A stretch of 64,000 nt of DNA, from contig OX337238.1 in the NCBI GenBank assembly GCA_946965045.2, positions 3,162,001 through 3,226,000 on the forward strand, given 5' to 3'. Positions 44,440 to 57,247 of this stretch are shown here, one piece after another. Numbering within the stretch: position 1 is the first letter of the stretch; each line of letters starts with the position of its first letter. The position numbers and the translations under genes are program-made. The stretch is from Epithemia pelagica (Eukaryota; Protista; Bacillariophyta). The notes below the pieces were generated by a model that made no database searches, was not told the origin of the DNA, and saw only the letters and a program-made list of their open reading frames with translations.

Positions 44440-46141
44440 GCTGGAACCAATGTGTGTGGTCCTGCTCGCAGGGACCCATGACGAGAACCAGAGGAATGGC
44501 CGTGGCCCATTCCACCAGGAGGTGAAATCAGAGAGACTGTGGCGGGGAACTTGTGTGGAACAAGAACAAACAGACTAGCTACAGTTGACAACACTATAGC
44601 AACATAGAACTTTGTATGCGTGCTTTTGGCAGACGGATTCTCGTCTAGAGTGTTTCGTGTGTCTTGTTCTCTACTAGTAGATGCCATGAATGCCTCCGTG
44701 CTCGAGCCATTTCAGAGTTCAGTGCTTCGGCGAAAGTTGCTACTCCTACTAGAACTATTTTTACGTTTGTCGTTGGTGTCCTCTATGCTCTATGGGACAT
44801 TCCGCGACCCAAAAAGGACCATGTGGTCGTGATCCCGAAATGGAAATTCGGCGAATTTTCTGTCTGTAGTGTCGATCGTGACACGGGTTCACCGATCCAT
44901 CTGCATCATCTCGAAAAAGACCAATGCCAATGCCACAGACACACAGTGACACAAAATACGAGAAACGAAAAAACGTGAACGAACACAATGACTTTGATTA
45001 CCACCATGGTACGTGTTTGCTCCTCTCAAGAGGAGATGAAGGCCTGTGTCCAGTCTCGTTCTCACCCTTTGCTCGAAACACGTTTCTTGGTTGGCGTGAC
45101 GCTGGATGATTCATAGGAGGACACCAAACAAGATCTCACCAAGGACAACAACAACAACAACAACAACGCCGACCAGAATTCCGCAACGACAACAACTACA
45201 AGTCTTGTTTTGGACGACAAGAAGAATGAATGGGATCACGAGGGAGAATCCCACACCACCTTGGTGTTGCGATCCCTCTTGGCCACGGGATGCATTGCCT
45301 ACATTATACTCCTACACTGTTTTGGGGACACGACGACACCACTAGCACAAGATTGACCAAGATGGGAGAGGTCCTCGAGAGAAGGAGGAGGAAGAGGAGG
45401 AGGAGAGACGGTGTCTTTGGTTGGATATATTGTTTCACTCGTTCTTTTGGTTGGTTGGTGACTTTCCTCCTTCATTTTTTCTTTTGGGTCGAATACTTTC
45501 AAAGAATGCGTCCAATCACCGACAACGAGGCAATTGCGGAAACTCTCCAGAAACAGAATACCAAGGTTGATATAGTATAAAGTCGAATGATTGCCGGCGA
45601 TTCCATAGCTTGCAGGAAACTACTCAACTAGGACTATAATTACTAAGGTTACTTCAACGCTACAGAATCAGGGACCATACCGTCATGGAAAGAGCCATGG
45701 AGGGTAGGAGACGGAGCAGCGTCTCGCAAAAGTTGCCATGGGACACGACTCTATATAGAAGGAGCGTGTTTTTGTTTTGCGATACCATGCACGGTCAAGG
45801 CAAGGGCCAAGCGTCGGCGCATCCTTCACCCAGTCATGATCCTATTGAAGCCACCACCTTGTCCATCGTACAGCCAGTGATGATCCTAGCCACCACCTTG
45901 TCTATTCCATCCTATCCGGGTTCAGCACCAGAAGGACAAGAGGGACAAGACCGAGAATGCTACTCCTACACGCTAAACAACCTACCTAGTAGTGTTGATA
46001 GTGCACGTAGAGTTACATAGTTTTTGGCTAAGGCTAAATAGGTGAGAGCATCGGAAGATCAATCGTTTCACTCCGCTCGTAACATGGATACCAGAATGTT
46101 GGTACTACATGAAAGGAGGCAAATCCTCCTTGACACGAAAG

Positions 46142-47104
46142 CTACATGAGCATGGACCAAAGAGTCATGGCAAGAGCCACGGAGGGCAGGAGAAGCGAGC
46201 TCTCATAGGCATTACCATGAGACAAGACTCCCGCCGAAAGTTCTTCCTTGTCGTCGGGTACCGAAAAGGCCGCTTCAAATTCGGACCGCGTAAAGCACAT
46301 GTCGTCGCCGCTCAGTTGAGCAAAGAACTGGACCATGTCGTCGCTCACGACCTTGGTTCCTCCATAAAACATGTTGAGAAAGTCCACGAGATTTGCCACC
46401 GTAATACATTCCTCAGCAGCCGATCCTGCTTGTTCTTGATCGAGGGAAGATGTACAGGCCACAACGTCTTCAAAGAGAAACTCGCCAGATTCATGAGGCA
46501 TGTTGATACTTTCCATTTCCAGTGCATCAATAATATCATCGCCATGCGTATCAATGTTGGCAATCGACTCATCAATCATTCGTTCCACATCAATCGCCTC
46601 GCCATCGCCACCATTCAAACCAGACAAGAGGGACACATAGAGGGATCGAAGATGATCCACCGAGAAATCTTGGTGTGCCACCATTTTCTTCATGATGAAC
46701 TGAAAGTTTTCTTGGACTTCCTCATCTTTCTGATTCTGCTTGCTAGAGACTTGATCAGGGTCTTGTTCGCTTGACGGCTTTGACTCGAGGAGATAGCACG
46801 TGTGGTGATGACTGCCATCGTTCCTCGTCGTGGATTCCAATGCACGTCGTTGAAGAAATATAGGTACGAATATACGGCCTGTTCCTGCTCCAATGGCAAG
46901 TAAGAATCTCTCCAGACACTCAAGTTGCGCTGTTGTTAGCTTTTGTCCTTCTGTTCTCCAGAATCCAATAGTTCCGAACCCGCCGAGACAAATATTATTT
47001 CTAAAATCCGAATCCATTGTTTCTCGTCGTTCTTTGTTGATGCGTGGTTGATACGTTGGTGAATCAATTAGGAACTGTCTTTTTTTGGGAACCGTGGGTA
47101 TCAT
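46142..47104 (-). CDS. EF-hand membrane protein family, copy 3 (intact, 320 aa)
   Basis: EF-hand-like loop DTHGDDIIDALE, family motifs LRSLYVSLL and CITVANLVDFLNMFYGGTKVVSDD, hydrophobic C terminus. Confidence 0.7.
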   Translation of the reverse strand: MIPTVPKKRQFLIDSPTYQPRINKERRETMDSDFRNNICLGGFGTIGFWRTEGQKLTTAQLECLERFLLAIGAGTGRIFVPIFLQRRALESTTRNDGSHHHTCYLLESKPSSEQDPDQVSSKQNQKDEEVQENFQFIMKKMVAHQDFSVDHLRSLYVSLLSGLNGGDGEAIDVERMIDESIANIDTHGDDIIDALEMESINMPHESGEFLFEDVVACTSSLDQEQAGSAAEECITVANLVDFLNMFYGGTKVVSDDMVQFFAQLSGDDMCFTRSEFEAAFSVPDDKEELSAGVLSHGNAYESSLLLPSVALAMTLWSMLM

Positions 47105-47519
47105 TCGCGGCGCATTCTCCCTTGTAGTAGTATCAGTTTTGTTGTGATTGTCTGAGAGCAGGTTGTGCTGTTGTGATGGGCGTGTATGCAGATGGGAGGG
47201 AGCTCTCGATTTCCTCTAAAATATACCATACAGTGCGCCGCCTCGAATTAATTCAGTTGTTGTCTACAATTTCTCTACTGGTTCGAGATGGATGCGTCGA
47301 ATTCGAATGTGCAAACGAATGATCTCGAGCACCAGCAACAAATCTGTGAGCCTTCTTGACGCATGGGTTAGAGCTTAGAGAATGGCATAGCATTGTAAAT
47401 ATTATTATTTGATCTACAGGCCTATCCAACTTTCGTGGACGGAAACCAATCACTTATTGTCTTCCATGGTGTTGTCTGAGTCGATATCGAGCTGCACTCA
47501 ATTCTACAACAGACGGACG

Positions 47520-48710
47520 TTATGCAATGCGCGAGAATGAAGCAATATCACGGGCCGAGAGACCCTTCAAACGCTGAAACAGCACCGTATGTTTGTCCAT
47601 CAATCCGATATGATCTTCACGGCAAAAAGCCGTCCAGGCAGTGTACGACGAAAGACTCCAACAAGCAATACCATCGGAAAGGAACAGCGATTTGAAACAA
47701 GTACCCACGGGGACGGGGAGCTCCCAAGTCTTGTTTCGTTTCGTGTCCAGAACCGTAGCGAATTGATTATCAGAGCCTCCAACCACGACTAGACAAGAAC
47801 CCACGCGGACCATTTCCGGAGGATCCATATCATCACTCAACCAAAACATGTCTGTATGGAGTCTCCACGACATAGGTGGCGGTGACTCGATGATAGGTCC
47901 CATGCGATTAGTTTGATCTGCACGAGACGGGTGAACATCAAAATATTCCACGGAATATAAGAAAGAGCCATGTTTCGTTTTTTCCGCAATGACAAAGACG
48001 CGCGATCCGATCGCAGCTATCCCAGAAATTTGCCGAGGAGGACTCAGACAGGGGCCTGCGATAAGGGTAAGTTGATTCGGATGTTCCGTATCAAGTATGT
48101 CCACAGGTGACAATACTGATACGGGTATTTGACCAGTGGTAGCATTCGTATATCCACCCACCACAACAATATATCGGTTTTGTACCGTGACTGCGTGCGC
48201 AGACTTTCGTGATTGACTCAAACGACAACCTAATGCTTTCCAAGAAGTCATGGTATTCGAAGGTAGCAATTCACTGATTGAAATCCGTTCGATTGAGTCC
48301 AATGCTGAATTTGGGTTCGTGAATGGGCTTCCACCAATAGCATAGATATTGTTGCCACAAACAACTGCTGCCAAAGCACGTCTCTGTTGTATCATTTCCG
48401 GTCCTTCGCGCCGTTCTTCGTTTTCAACATTCCAGAGAACCACAGAACTTGTCTGAGCCGAGTCGTTTCCATTGCTGAGTATGCCTTCGTGTCCTCCCAG
48501 AAATACAACAACAGTTTGGTTTTGGGTATCACCTGGATGACAAACAACCACATACGCATAATCATTACGCCTTTCCAAAAACATCGCTAGAAATGCATGT
48601 GTATATTCTTTGGTGGTCCATTCGGGCACCGGGGAAGCATTTTTCTTGTTCTGGTCCAAAAAGACGAGCCCGGACAAGCGTGCTTGTTCTTGTACTATCT
48701 CCATGTTCAT
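47520..48710 (-). CDS. Kelch-repeat beta-propeller protein, copy 1
   Basis: QEQARLSGLV N motif; kelch repeats RRALAAVVCGNNIYAIGG and RYIVVVGGY; C motif LFQRLKGLS. Confidence 0.82.
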   Translation of the reverse strand: MNMEIVQEQARLSGLVFLDQNKKNASPVPEWTTKEYTHAFLAMFLERRNDYAYVVVCHPGDTQNQTVVVFLGGHEGILSNGNDSAQTSSVVLWNVENEERREGPEMIQQRRALAAVVCGNNIYAIGGSPFTNPNSALDSIERISISELLPSNTMTSWKALGCRLSQSRKSAHAVTVQNRYIVVVGGYTNATTGQIPVSVLSPVDILDTEHPNQLTLIAGPCLSPPRQISGIAAIGSRVFVIAEKTKHGSFLYSVEYFDVHPSRADQTNRMGPIIESPPPMSWRLHTDMFWLSDDMDPPEMVRVGSCLVVVGGSDNQFATVLDTKRNKTWELPVPVGTCFKSLFLSDGIACWSLSSYTAWTAFCREDHIGLMDKHTVLFQRLKGLSARDIASFSRIA

Positions 48711-51700
48711 CCAACACTGTCGATGAAATGCATCCGTGTGCTGAGTGGCGCAGTCTACGAACGTCGTTGGATCCTAAGTTCTTGTGAACGACACGCTTTC
48801 TTCTTTCGATTCAAAAGGACTTGTTTGTGTCGTTCGATTTGCACGTTGGACCCTTCAAGCTGTCCGAACGCATCAAATTTCTCAATCGCGGCCACCTGTC
48901 GCGCTAGGGGAAGTGGTGCGATCTGAGGTTTTGATGAGAAACAGCGTGGAGAGCGCGTACGTGTGTTTCATTGAAGTCGAATCCATCCTTCTCGCACGGA
49001 CGATGACAGACTTTTCTTGGTACGTTGATTCAGTGACCATGAGTGAGTCCACCACTGTGTGAATGTAAAGACCGGTCCAAACACCGATGGAAGAGGAGCC
49101 TTGCAAGGTTGGGTCTCTCAATGACTGTGGCGTCCGACCAGCTGGATCTTTGAATCCTCCCTTCTTTTGCGTCATGGTCCGGATCTGTTTCCTGGTTTTG
49201 TTTGTACAGAGTTTTCCGGGTGGTCGTCGCCTCACATGGTCGACTCGAACGGTGAATGATTCGGAAGTTTGTTTGGGTCCCGTCGGCAAACTATGGAATC
49301 TTGACTCAAAGACTTTCCAAATGCATCCAGACTGCAAATTTCTCAACCGTTGTGCCCGATGAGTATGAGGCTGATGGTCTGTTGTTCGTGCGGGAATCGG
49401 AAGAAGCGATTGCAAGTTTGGATGACAACAACCTTGGTGGTGTGTTGTTTCGCAGTGCTTCCGTTTCTGGCAATACTGCATCGAATCCATTTTTCTCGCA
49501 TGGAGCATGACGGCAATGAACTTTCGTGGCATGTTCATTCCATGTTCATTCCAAAACAATGAGGGATTCCTCTGATGCCTTGAAAGATTTGGTGCGACGC
49601 ATTGCTGGGGTGTGCAGAAAGGAAGGGTGTGTACCAGTCGGTTCACTACCATCAGCTGTATTTTGGGATTACTTCTTCGCCACGGTCCAGATCGCGCTTG
49701 CTCCAGCCGCCACGGTTATTTCTTTGTGCTTGTTTGAGACAACTCTTCCCATTTGTCTCCTGAGTTCTAACAGTTTTGTTCCAAACAGGACCCTTGGCCT
49801 GCAAAAGCTCGTTCGATCGAGTGCCGACATTTCCTTTGTATAGAGTCCTTGTTGTTGCTCTTAGACTGGAACCTCCGTTTGACAAATGGCGGGCCTCCTC
49901 TTTATCGGTAAGAGTGATTGGTGTGGTAAGCGTGCTGGTCCCCAACGAACAAGGAGACTTGCGCATTCGATGCCGTTCCTCTCGATCCATCAGCATCGAT
50001 TGCTGTCGTTGTTGTTGTTGTTGTTGTTGTTTATGCTCTCGACGCAACCGTCCAAAACTTGCCTTTGCGATCGATCGAACTCACCCCTTTTTGAATCCAT
50101 CAGAAACCGCAATCGCACAAGGGCGAGTCACGAACCACCACCACAGGGCAAGGGAGAATCATGGGAACGTCATTCCGCGTTGGACGGAACTGAAAAACAC
50201 TCGCAGCAGCATACCGTTTTTCGACTGCCTCTCATTTTCATTGCACTGTACTGTTGTTCGAGGCGTCATGAGGAATGCCCAAAGAGGAATGATCCTGAAG
50301 CGAACGCACTTTCGCTGCAGGACTTCCCCTTTGATGATTGGTGCAGCAAAGAGGCGAGCATCCAACCATCCTGCTTGCCACAAAGAAAAAAATTGTGACA
50401 ATCGCTGATTCCAAACGCATTGTGTTTCTCGGCGCGCTCTCCGCGCACGTCGCGTTGTGGTCGCTGGTATCATCAGTCGCGATTCTGTCTAGGAGTACTT
50501 CCGAGTCCTTGGACTAACTACATTAGAAAACTAGAAAACGACGACTTGCCCCCTTGCCAGATGCCAGAGAACCACCGTTCGAACAACCACCACACGACCA
50601 CAAACAGATTCCAAAGCAACGGAACACAGCATGTGACACTTTGAAAAAGGCGAACGGATCATGCCCCACGACAAGACACAAAAAGAAAGACTAGAGAAGG
50701 AACCATACGACGAACCAACAAGACCACACGGCTTGGGCGAATCCCATCGATGTCGAACTCAGTTGGAATCCTGCACAATGCACAACAAGTAACCGAGATT
50801 TCAACAACAAAGTGAACCCTCTGATTCGTACAGCTCCAGCGCATTCTTGGTGTGGTGCCACACAAGAAAGCGAGATTGCGCAGTCTCGTAGTATAGCTTA
50901 AGTCCTAGTAGTAGCTCGACAAAAGGTTTTATCCTCTAGAATAATAGTGTAAATGGTTGTTCTCGACTATAATGGAGCGCCTTTTTATCGGAGACCACGT
51001 TTGACCCGTGTCTTTCTTGTAGACACGTATTTGTATGATGTTGTTTGAAGTCCAGCAATCGAATCCGGTTCACACAGTCGTCGTCGTGGTCATTTGGTCC
51101 TATCAACATACTTTGCTACAGTTTTTTCCTCGATACTGCAGGATATCTGAGTCGGGAAACAGGTGCACCTATCCCTTTCATCCTCGCGCTGGTGGAGGGT
51201 CGCCAGTAACATATTATACTTCCATGGACCAAAGTTTTGCTCGTCTTCTCGCTGTGGTGAATGGGTGACCAGTTCAATTGAAACGAAACAGGGAATTACC
51301 ACTCGTTTTATGCTCCCAGCGCAACCAAACGGACGCAAAAGTATTGAGATCACAACATCCTTCCTTCCGTCTTTGAGATCATGTTGCAGCATCACCCAAC
51401 GGCACTCACGGGCGACAGCGCCATGGTTGACAATCTGGACGCAGCAAACAAAGCCATGCTGCATTGACGCAACGACGATTCCGTAGAATCGTCATTCGAA
51501 AAAAAGAGGGCGCAGTTGGCATGGCAACAAGGTCCATCATGGAAACCCTTTTGTTCCAATGTTCTCCACCATATAGCAGCAACACGATTCCGAAGAAACA
51601 CGGAAATCGTGGTCGCGTTGCAAACTTGCCAGCAATTGTGGTCATTGTCGGCGATTGCTGGGAGGATAATAAGAGACCACACCACAGGATCATCGTTGTA

Positions 51701-52030
51701 CTTCCGAGTATTGTCGCTGGCGACTGATGATCCATTCGTTGTGATTGTGTTGAGTCAAACTATACCGATCGACGCCCATGTTCCTACCAATTCTGTTACA
51801 CCGGTGGAACATCATCCTTTGGAGAATCCATGAAGGAGCAGGCGATGCTTGTGGTCGGATTGGTACACACAATTTTATGTTCCATTAGATTGGCCACTCA
51901 TCGGGGTGACCAGTAGTATGTGTACAAGTACACTTCATGAGGTTAGAGGTGCAAGAACGACTGCTAAACCCTCTAATAATGCCTCGGAACGAACTGGACA
52001 ATGATTCAAGCGGTGACTGGTGAATGATTT

Positions 52031-53227
52031 TTAAGACTGGTGAGGAACAAGTGATTGAATTTGCAAATCAGAGAGATCCAACAAGTGTTTGAACAACAGA
52101 GACTGTTTGTCTACGATTCCAAGCCGGTTGGGACAAAAGCCATTTCGTCCATTTCTCATCATGGTTCTAGAAAAACAGAAACGAAAAATTCCACTTGCAA
52201 GGGCGACCATGCATGGCAAATAAAGATCCAAGGAGGCAAGTCCACGGAATTTCCATGAAATGTTTCGTTTTGTGTCAATAACCAATAGTAGGTCAATACT
52301 CTGGACGTTGAGCACCAAACAGAATCCAACTCGTACCACCGCCTGACAGGGGAGGTTGGAAATAGTCGGATCTTCGTGAACCTTCCACGACATGGAAGTC
52401 GATGGCAATACAATGGATCCCACACAACGAGTTGTTGTATCCAAGCAAGGTGGATGGAAATCCAGATATTCCACTGAACAACCATGAAGAGATCGCTGTC
52501 CTGTGAATATTCCAGAAATGACAAAAATGCGGTTCTGTACAATTTCCATCTCAAAGGAATGCCGCGAATGATTGAGACAAGGCCCAGCAAAGCAATAGCG
52601 CAAATTGGGGAGTTGTGCATCTATGATATCTACAGATGCCAACGGTGAACGTTCTGGTCGGACGATAGATGCTTGATCTACCACCACAGCACTTATCCCA
52701 CCGGCCACAACAATATATCGGTCTTGTACCGAGACCGCGTTAGCGTAAGCTCGTGGCGTACTCAAACAACAATGAAACGGTTGCCATGCCGAAGTTCTCG
52801 GGGCGCTGTCGATCAAGGTCCATGATTGCAATAACTCATGGATTGAGATTCTTTCGATCGATTTCAAGGGCTTGCCGATAGGATTTTCTCCACCAATGGC
52901 AAATATACTGTCACCACAAACCACCGCTGCCAAATATGATCGTGCTTCTATCATAGATGGCCCATGGCACCAGTTTCCGTTTTCTGCATTCCAAAGAAGA
53001 ACGGAATTGACTGCATTGGAACCTTCTTGACCACCCAAGAGGACAATCGTTTCTCGTTGAGAATTCTCCGGATGACGAACGACCACATATGAGTGGTCTT
53101 CTCGTCCTCTATTGGTCATGGTGGGCCATTCGCACTCTTCCTGAGCCCGCCTTTCTCGATCGTCGTTGATGTTGCTCAAGACTACTAGTCCAGACAATCG
53201 AGCTTGCTCTTGCCAGTCCGTGTTCAT
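52031..53227 (-). CDS. Kelch-repeat protein, copy 2 (398 aa)
   Basis: ATG 53227 MNTDWQEQARLSGL; PSMIEARSYLAAVVCGDSIFAIGG, DRYIVVAGG. Confidence 0.85.
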   Translation of the reverse strand: MNTDWQEQARLSGLVVLSNINDDRERRAQEECEWPTMTNRGREDHSYVVVRHPENSQRETIVLLGGQEGSNAVNSVLLWNAENGNWCHGPSMIEARSYLAAVVCGDSIFAIGGENPIGKPLKSIERISIHELLQSWTLIDSAPRTSAWQPFHCCLSTPRAYANAVSVQDRYIVVAGGISAVVVDQASIVRPERSPLASVDIIDAQLPNLRYCFAGPCLNHSRHSFEMEIVQNRIFVISGIFTGQRSLHGCSVEYLDFHPPCLDTTTRCVGSIVLPSTSMSWKVHEDPTISNLPCQAVVRVGFCLVLNVQSIDLLLVIDTKRNISWKFRGLASLDLYLPCMVALASGIFRFCFSRTMMRNGRNGFCPNRLGIVDKQSLLFKHLLDLSDLQIQSLVPHQS

Positions 53228-54457
53228 TGTAAACAATTGTGGAAACAGTGTGGGTGCTGGGGCTTGCTCCAAACGTCGCGGTTCCTTCTTTGTGCTTCTC
53301 GTCTCATTCGCCCCGTACGAGCCGTTTGGAGATTGCTTGTATCGACACACGACTCCGAAAGTTCTCTTGAGGTCGCATCTCCGAACGTTCCACGCAAGAT
53401 CGTTTCAGATTTTGAAGAGATACTGTGGCAGTCGTGTGCACGCATCGTAGAGAAGAATTGGTGCACTGATCCGAAGGGCTGGAAATGACTCACGCAAATG
53501 ACGTTCCAATTCACGTTTGGTCGTTCTTGCTTTTTGCTCGTTTTTCAATTGCCAAATTCATCCTTTCGATTCCTGATGTCGTTATACTTCGATGGACCGA
53601 AGTTTGTCTGTCCTCGTGCTGGTGGAGGGTGGCCAATAACATATATAAACTTCAATAGAAACGAAACAGTGATTTACCATCTCGAAACCCACTCGACGCA
53701 CAGCATTGAGACAGGCGTTGGTATCACAATATCTTTGCGCCTCCTGATCGAAATCGAATTTGTGTCGTCTTGTTTGCAACCATATATCCCAAACATGTTC
53801 CCCTCCCGCCACGATCTTGTTGCGATCTTGTATTCGCACGCGCTTGTGGCGTGCTTCTGAACAACAATCCAAGGTTTGTCGTCAGCCTGGCAATCGTGCT
53901 TGTCCCCTACAAAGAGAAACGAAACTTGTAGAAACAGGAGACACGCCGTTCAATGCCGTTGCTATCGCTCCATGTAGATGGTACATCGATTGCGGTTGTC
54001 CTCGTCCATGTCCTTGTTTCTGCGCTCGTCGCAACCAAACAAACAAACGTGCATGAGGAATGGAACTCACAGCAAAAAAATCAACGTCCAGTGAGAGTCA
54101 CCGACAATCCGAGTTGGACTTAAATGAAACAACACGTGTAGCAGCAGGCCTTTTCATGTTCCTTCTTTTTTCGTACTTCCTCTGAGCCATGAGGAAAAGA
54201 AACGCCATACCGAAAGGATTGCCATTCTTGTGTACAAGCAACAAAGGCGAGGATCCAAACTGTCTGAGCCGTCCATCTTCGTTGCAAAACAAGCACTCTT
54301 TGGAATGTTCCAAAAAATGTGACAATCGCTGAACAACCATCAAACAAATTGGTCGGCGGCAGTTTTTTACTCGGAAACGTGTCCTCTTTGCACTCCACCT
54401 GTTGTTGAGACTCGAACACACTTTCTCCGCTGTCCTCACCGTCAATGGAAAGGTTCT

Positions 54458-55200
54458 ATGATTACCGAACTACAACAATTTTGGCGACATCAGCACCTTG
54501 ATCCTAACTTGTCCTTGATTTTGACCGAAATGATCCATTCTTGGCTTGCAAATCTTCCACCTGTGTTCCCTACTTTTCCCGATCTTTATCGCACCCTTAT
54601 CACTAACCAACGACTTATTGGCTTTGAGCAACTTTTCCTCGGACGCTTCTCGCGGTTGTGGAGTCGACTTCAAGATTCATATCTCTCTCAACGGAACCTT
54701 GCTAAACGCTCGATCTCTGGCACACACTTTGTCACAGGCTCAATAAAAATCATGTGGAAACATATTCACACTCTTTGGATAACTCGGAACCAAGACGTCC
54801 ATGGCAATACACCACCTACTATTGAAGCAGCTGCTTACGCTCAAGCTCAACGCGAAGTCTGTGCTCTTTATGATCTACAACATCAAGTTCCCGTGGCTTA
54901 TCGTGATATTTTCTACTCTTCTACCGATGCCCACTTCGAAGCGGAAACTTCCTCGTTTCTGCTTCGCTCCTGGATTAACACCTGGCGTCCTGTTATCAGC
55001 AGGACTGTTTCACTCTCCTAACCGACCTCTCCATGTTTCTCCCCCCTGTCATACTTTGTCCCGTCCTTTAGTCCTCGCTTCACATTTTGTGTGGAGCCAG
55101 GCGCGTCGGTCGACGCTACCCTAGCGGGTGCGCGCGGCAGCGTTAAAATAGATTGTACCCTTTTTTTTGTACATCTTCTTTCTTCTTCCGAATTCCTCAG
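54458..55200 (+). mobile_element. 5'-truncated non-LTR retrotransposon (LINE) fragment: ORF2 C terminus plus 3' UTR
   Basis: QRLIGFEQLFLGRFSRLWSRLQ...IMWKHIHTLWITRNQDVHG resembles the Q..IGW..L..GR.S..W / LW..RN..VH pattern of diatom LINE C termini. T/C-rich composition; interrupts the kelch spacer modules. Confidence 0.65.
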
Positions 55201-55790
55201 ACGACTTGACTTTTGCCAAGTAGTTCTAGTAGTCTTTACTCCCTAGTAGAGAAAAAAACGCTGATATAGTGCACTCGCTATGCAACCCTATTAGAACAAA
55301 ACAACCAAACGAGCAATCTAGAACTCGGTAAAAGAGGAACCACACACATTGTCTGTAGTGTGAACATGCTCCTCTCTGTGGTGATTGTGGCTGTGATGAT
55401 TATGGATGGATGAATGTTGATTCAAATCCCTGGTCGCTCCGGTATAAAAGAAGTCTGGAAGAAACACTCGCATGTATCCCAGTATGTATAACCACCCGGA
55501 TTGGAACATTGGCTTCCAGGGAAACTGGCTATGGTATCCTCCACAGGAAGGTTGTCACAGTCGTCGTCGTGGTCGTTTGGTCCTATCAACATACTTTGTT
55601 CCTGATTAACCGTTACATAGAGCTCTACTTTATCTTCACAAAGAGCTCTCTGGTGGAAACAGATGATAGAAAAACCCAGTTGTGTTTGTGCAAGCACAAA
55701 ACAGTAGGTGGAGGTCTTGAAAACTTCAAGGATGCTTCGGAATGACTGGGCTTGCAATTTGTCCGTTTTTGTGCTTGCGTACATAGATGA

Positions 55791-56993
55791 TTAGTGAGAC
55801 TTGCCATGAACAAGTGACTGAATTTGCAAATCAGAGAGATCCAACAAGCGTTTGAAAAACAGAGACTGTTTGTCTACCAGTCCAACCCGGCTGCAATAAA
55901 CGCCATCTTGTCCGTTTAGCCTCGAAATACCAAAACGAACAACTCCACTTGTAAGGGCGACCATGGACGGCGAATAAAGCTCCAAGGGGTCGGTTCCGGG
56001 GAATTCCCATGAAATGCTTCGTTTTGTGTCAAATACAAGTAGTTTGCTCGTACCCCATGGACAGAGCAGCAAACAGGATCCAACTCGTACCACCGTCTCA
56101 CCACGAGCAGTCGGATCTTTATGAACCTTCCACGACATGGAAGTCGATGACAATTCAACGGATCTCATATCACGACTTGTTGTATCCAACCAAGATGGAT
56201 CGAAGTCCAGATAATCCACCACGGAAATGCCACCCCGCTCAAACTGTTTAGCACTATCGTACGATAGACTACCAATGACAAAAATGCGGTTCTGTACAAT
56301 TGCCATCTCAAAGGAAGGGTAAGGATAATTGAGACGGGGTCCAGCAAATGCACAGCGCAAACAGGGAAGGTGTGTGTCAATGATATCCACAGAAGCCGTT
56401 GGTGAGGCTTTACGATTCGCCGCATTACTTGTTCCACCGGCAACAACAATGTACCGGTCTTGTACTGCGACAGCCTTAGCGTCCGCTCGTGGCTTACTCA
56501 AACAACAATGAAACGGTTGCCATGCCAACGTTGTGGTGGTCTTGCTTGCGCTGCAGTCGATCGAGGTCCACGAGTGCAACAACTCATGGATTGAGATTCT
56601 TTCAATCGAATTTAAGGCCTTGCTGATGGAGTTGTAACCACCAATGGCATAGATATTATCGCCACAAACCACCGCTGTCAAAGATGATCGTGCTTCTACC
56701 ATAGATGGTCCCTGGCAACAGTTTCCGTTTTCAGCATTCCAAAGAAGAACGGAATTGACTTCGTTATAATATTCAGAGCCACCCAAGACAACAATCGTTT
56801 CTCGTTGAGAATTGTCCGGGTGACGAACGACCACATGCGAATGTCCATATCTGTTCTGAATCATCACGGGTCGCCCTTCTAGCCATTCTGGCGCCTTCCA
56901 TTGTGGATGTTCATGGTTGATATTGTCGTCGTCGTTTCGCAAAACCACGAGTCCTGACAATCGTGCTTGCTCCTTCCAAGCCGTGTTGTTCAT
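55791..56993 (-). CDS. Kelch-repeat protein, copy 3 (400 aa)
   Basis: ATG 56993 MNNTAWKEQARLSGL; PSMVEARSSLTAVVCGDNIYAIGG; C motif LFFKRLLDLSDLQIQSL. Confidence 0.85.
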   Translation of the reverse strand: MNNTAWKEQARLSGLVVLRNDDDNINHEHPQWKAPEWLEGRPVMIQNRYGHSHVVVRHPDNSQRETIVVLGGSEYYNEVNSVLLWNAENGNCCQGPSMVEARSSLTAVVCGDNIYAIGGYNSISKALNSIERISIHELLHSWTSIDCSASKTTTTLAWQPFHCCLSKPRADAKAVAVQDRYIVVAGGTSNAANRKASPTASVDIIDTHLPCLRCAFAGPRLNYPYPSFEMAIVQNRIFVIGSLSYDSAKQFERGGISVVDYLDFDPSWLDTTSRDMRSVELSSTSMSWKVHKDPTARGETVVRVGSCLLLCPWGTSKLLVFDTKRSISWEFPGTDPLELYSPSMVALTSGVVRFGISRLNGQDGVYCSRVGLVDKQSLFFKRLLDLSDLQIQSLVHGKSH

Positions 56994-57247
56994 TGTAAAC
57001 AAGTGTGAAAAGGCGCCACCGTTTTGTTCCTTTCTTTGTGCAACTCCAATGGTTTTATGCGCCCGCCTACGAACCGTCTGGATATCGTTGGGCGTGAGTG
57101 TGTGTCTAGTATCGAAACGCATCACCGAAAGTTCCACGCACGATCGTTTGAGGTTTTGAAGGGTTGTTTCAGTACGTCGTGTGGACCGGCGAGATGGTGC
57201 GCTACTTCCACTGGGCTGGAAGTGACCCACCAAAACGACGTTCCAAT

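Noticed and set aside
48882-51900. Short ORFs in kelch spacer modules as hidden genes
   Set aside because: Homologous modules elsewhere shift frame and gain stops, and no domain is recognisable; treated as non-coding or decayed.
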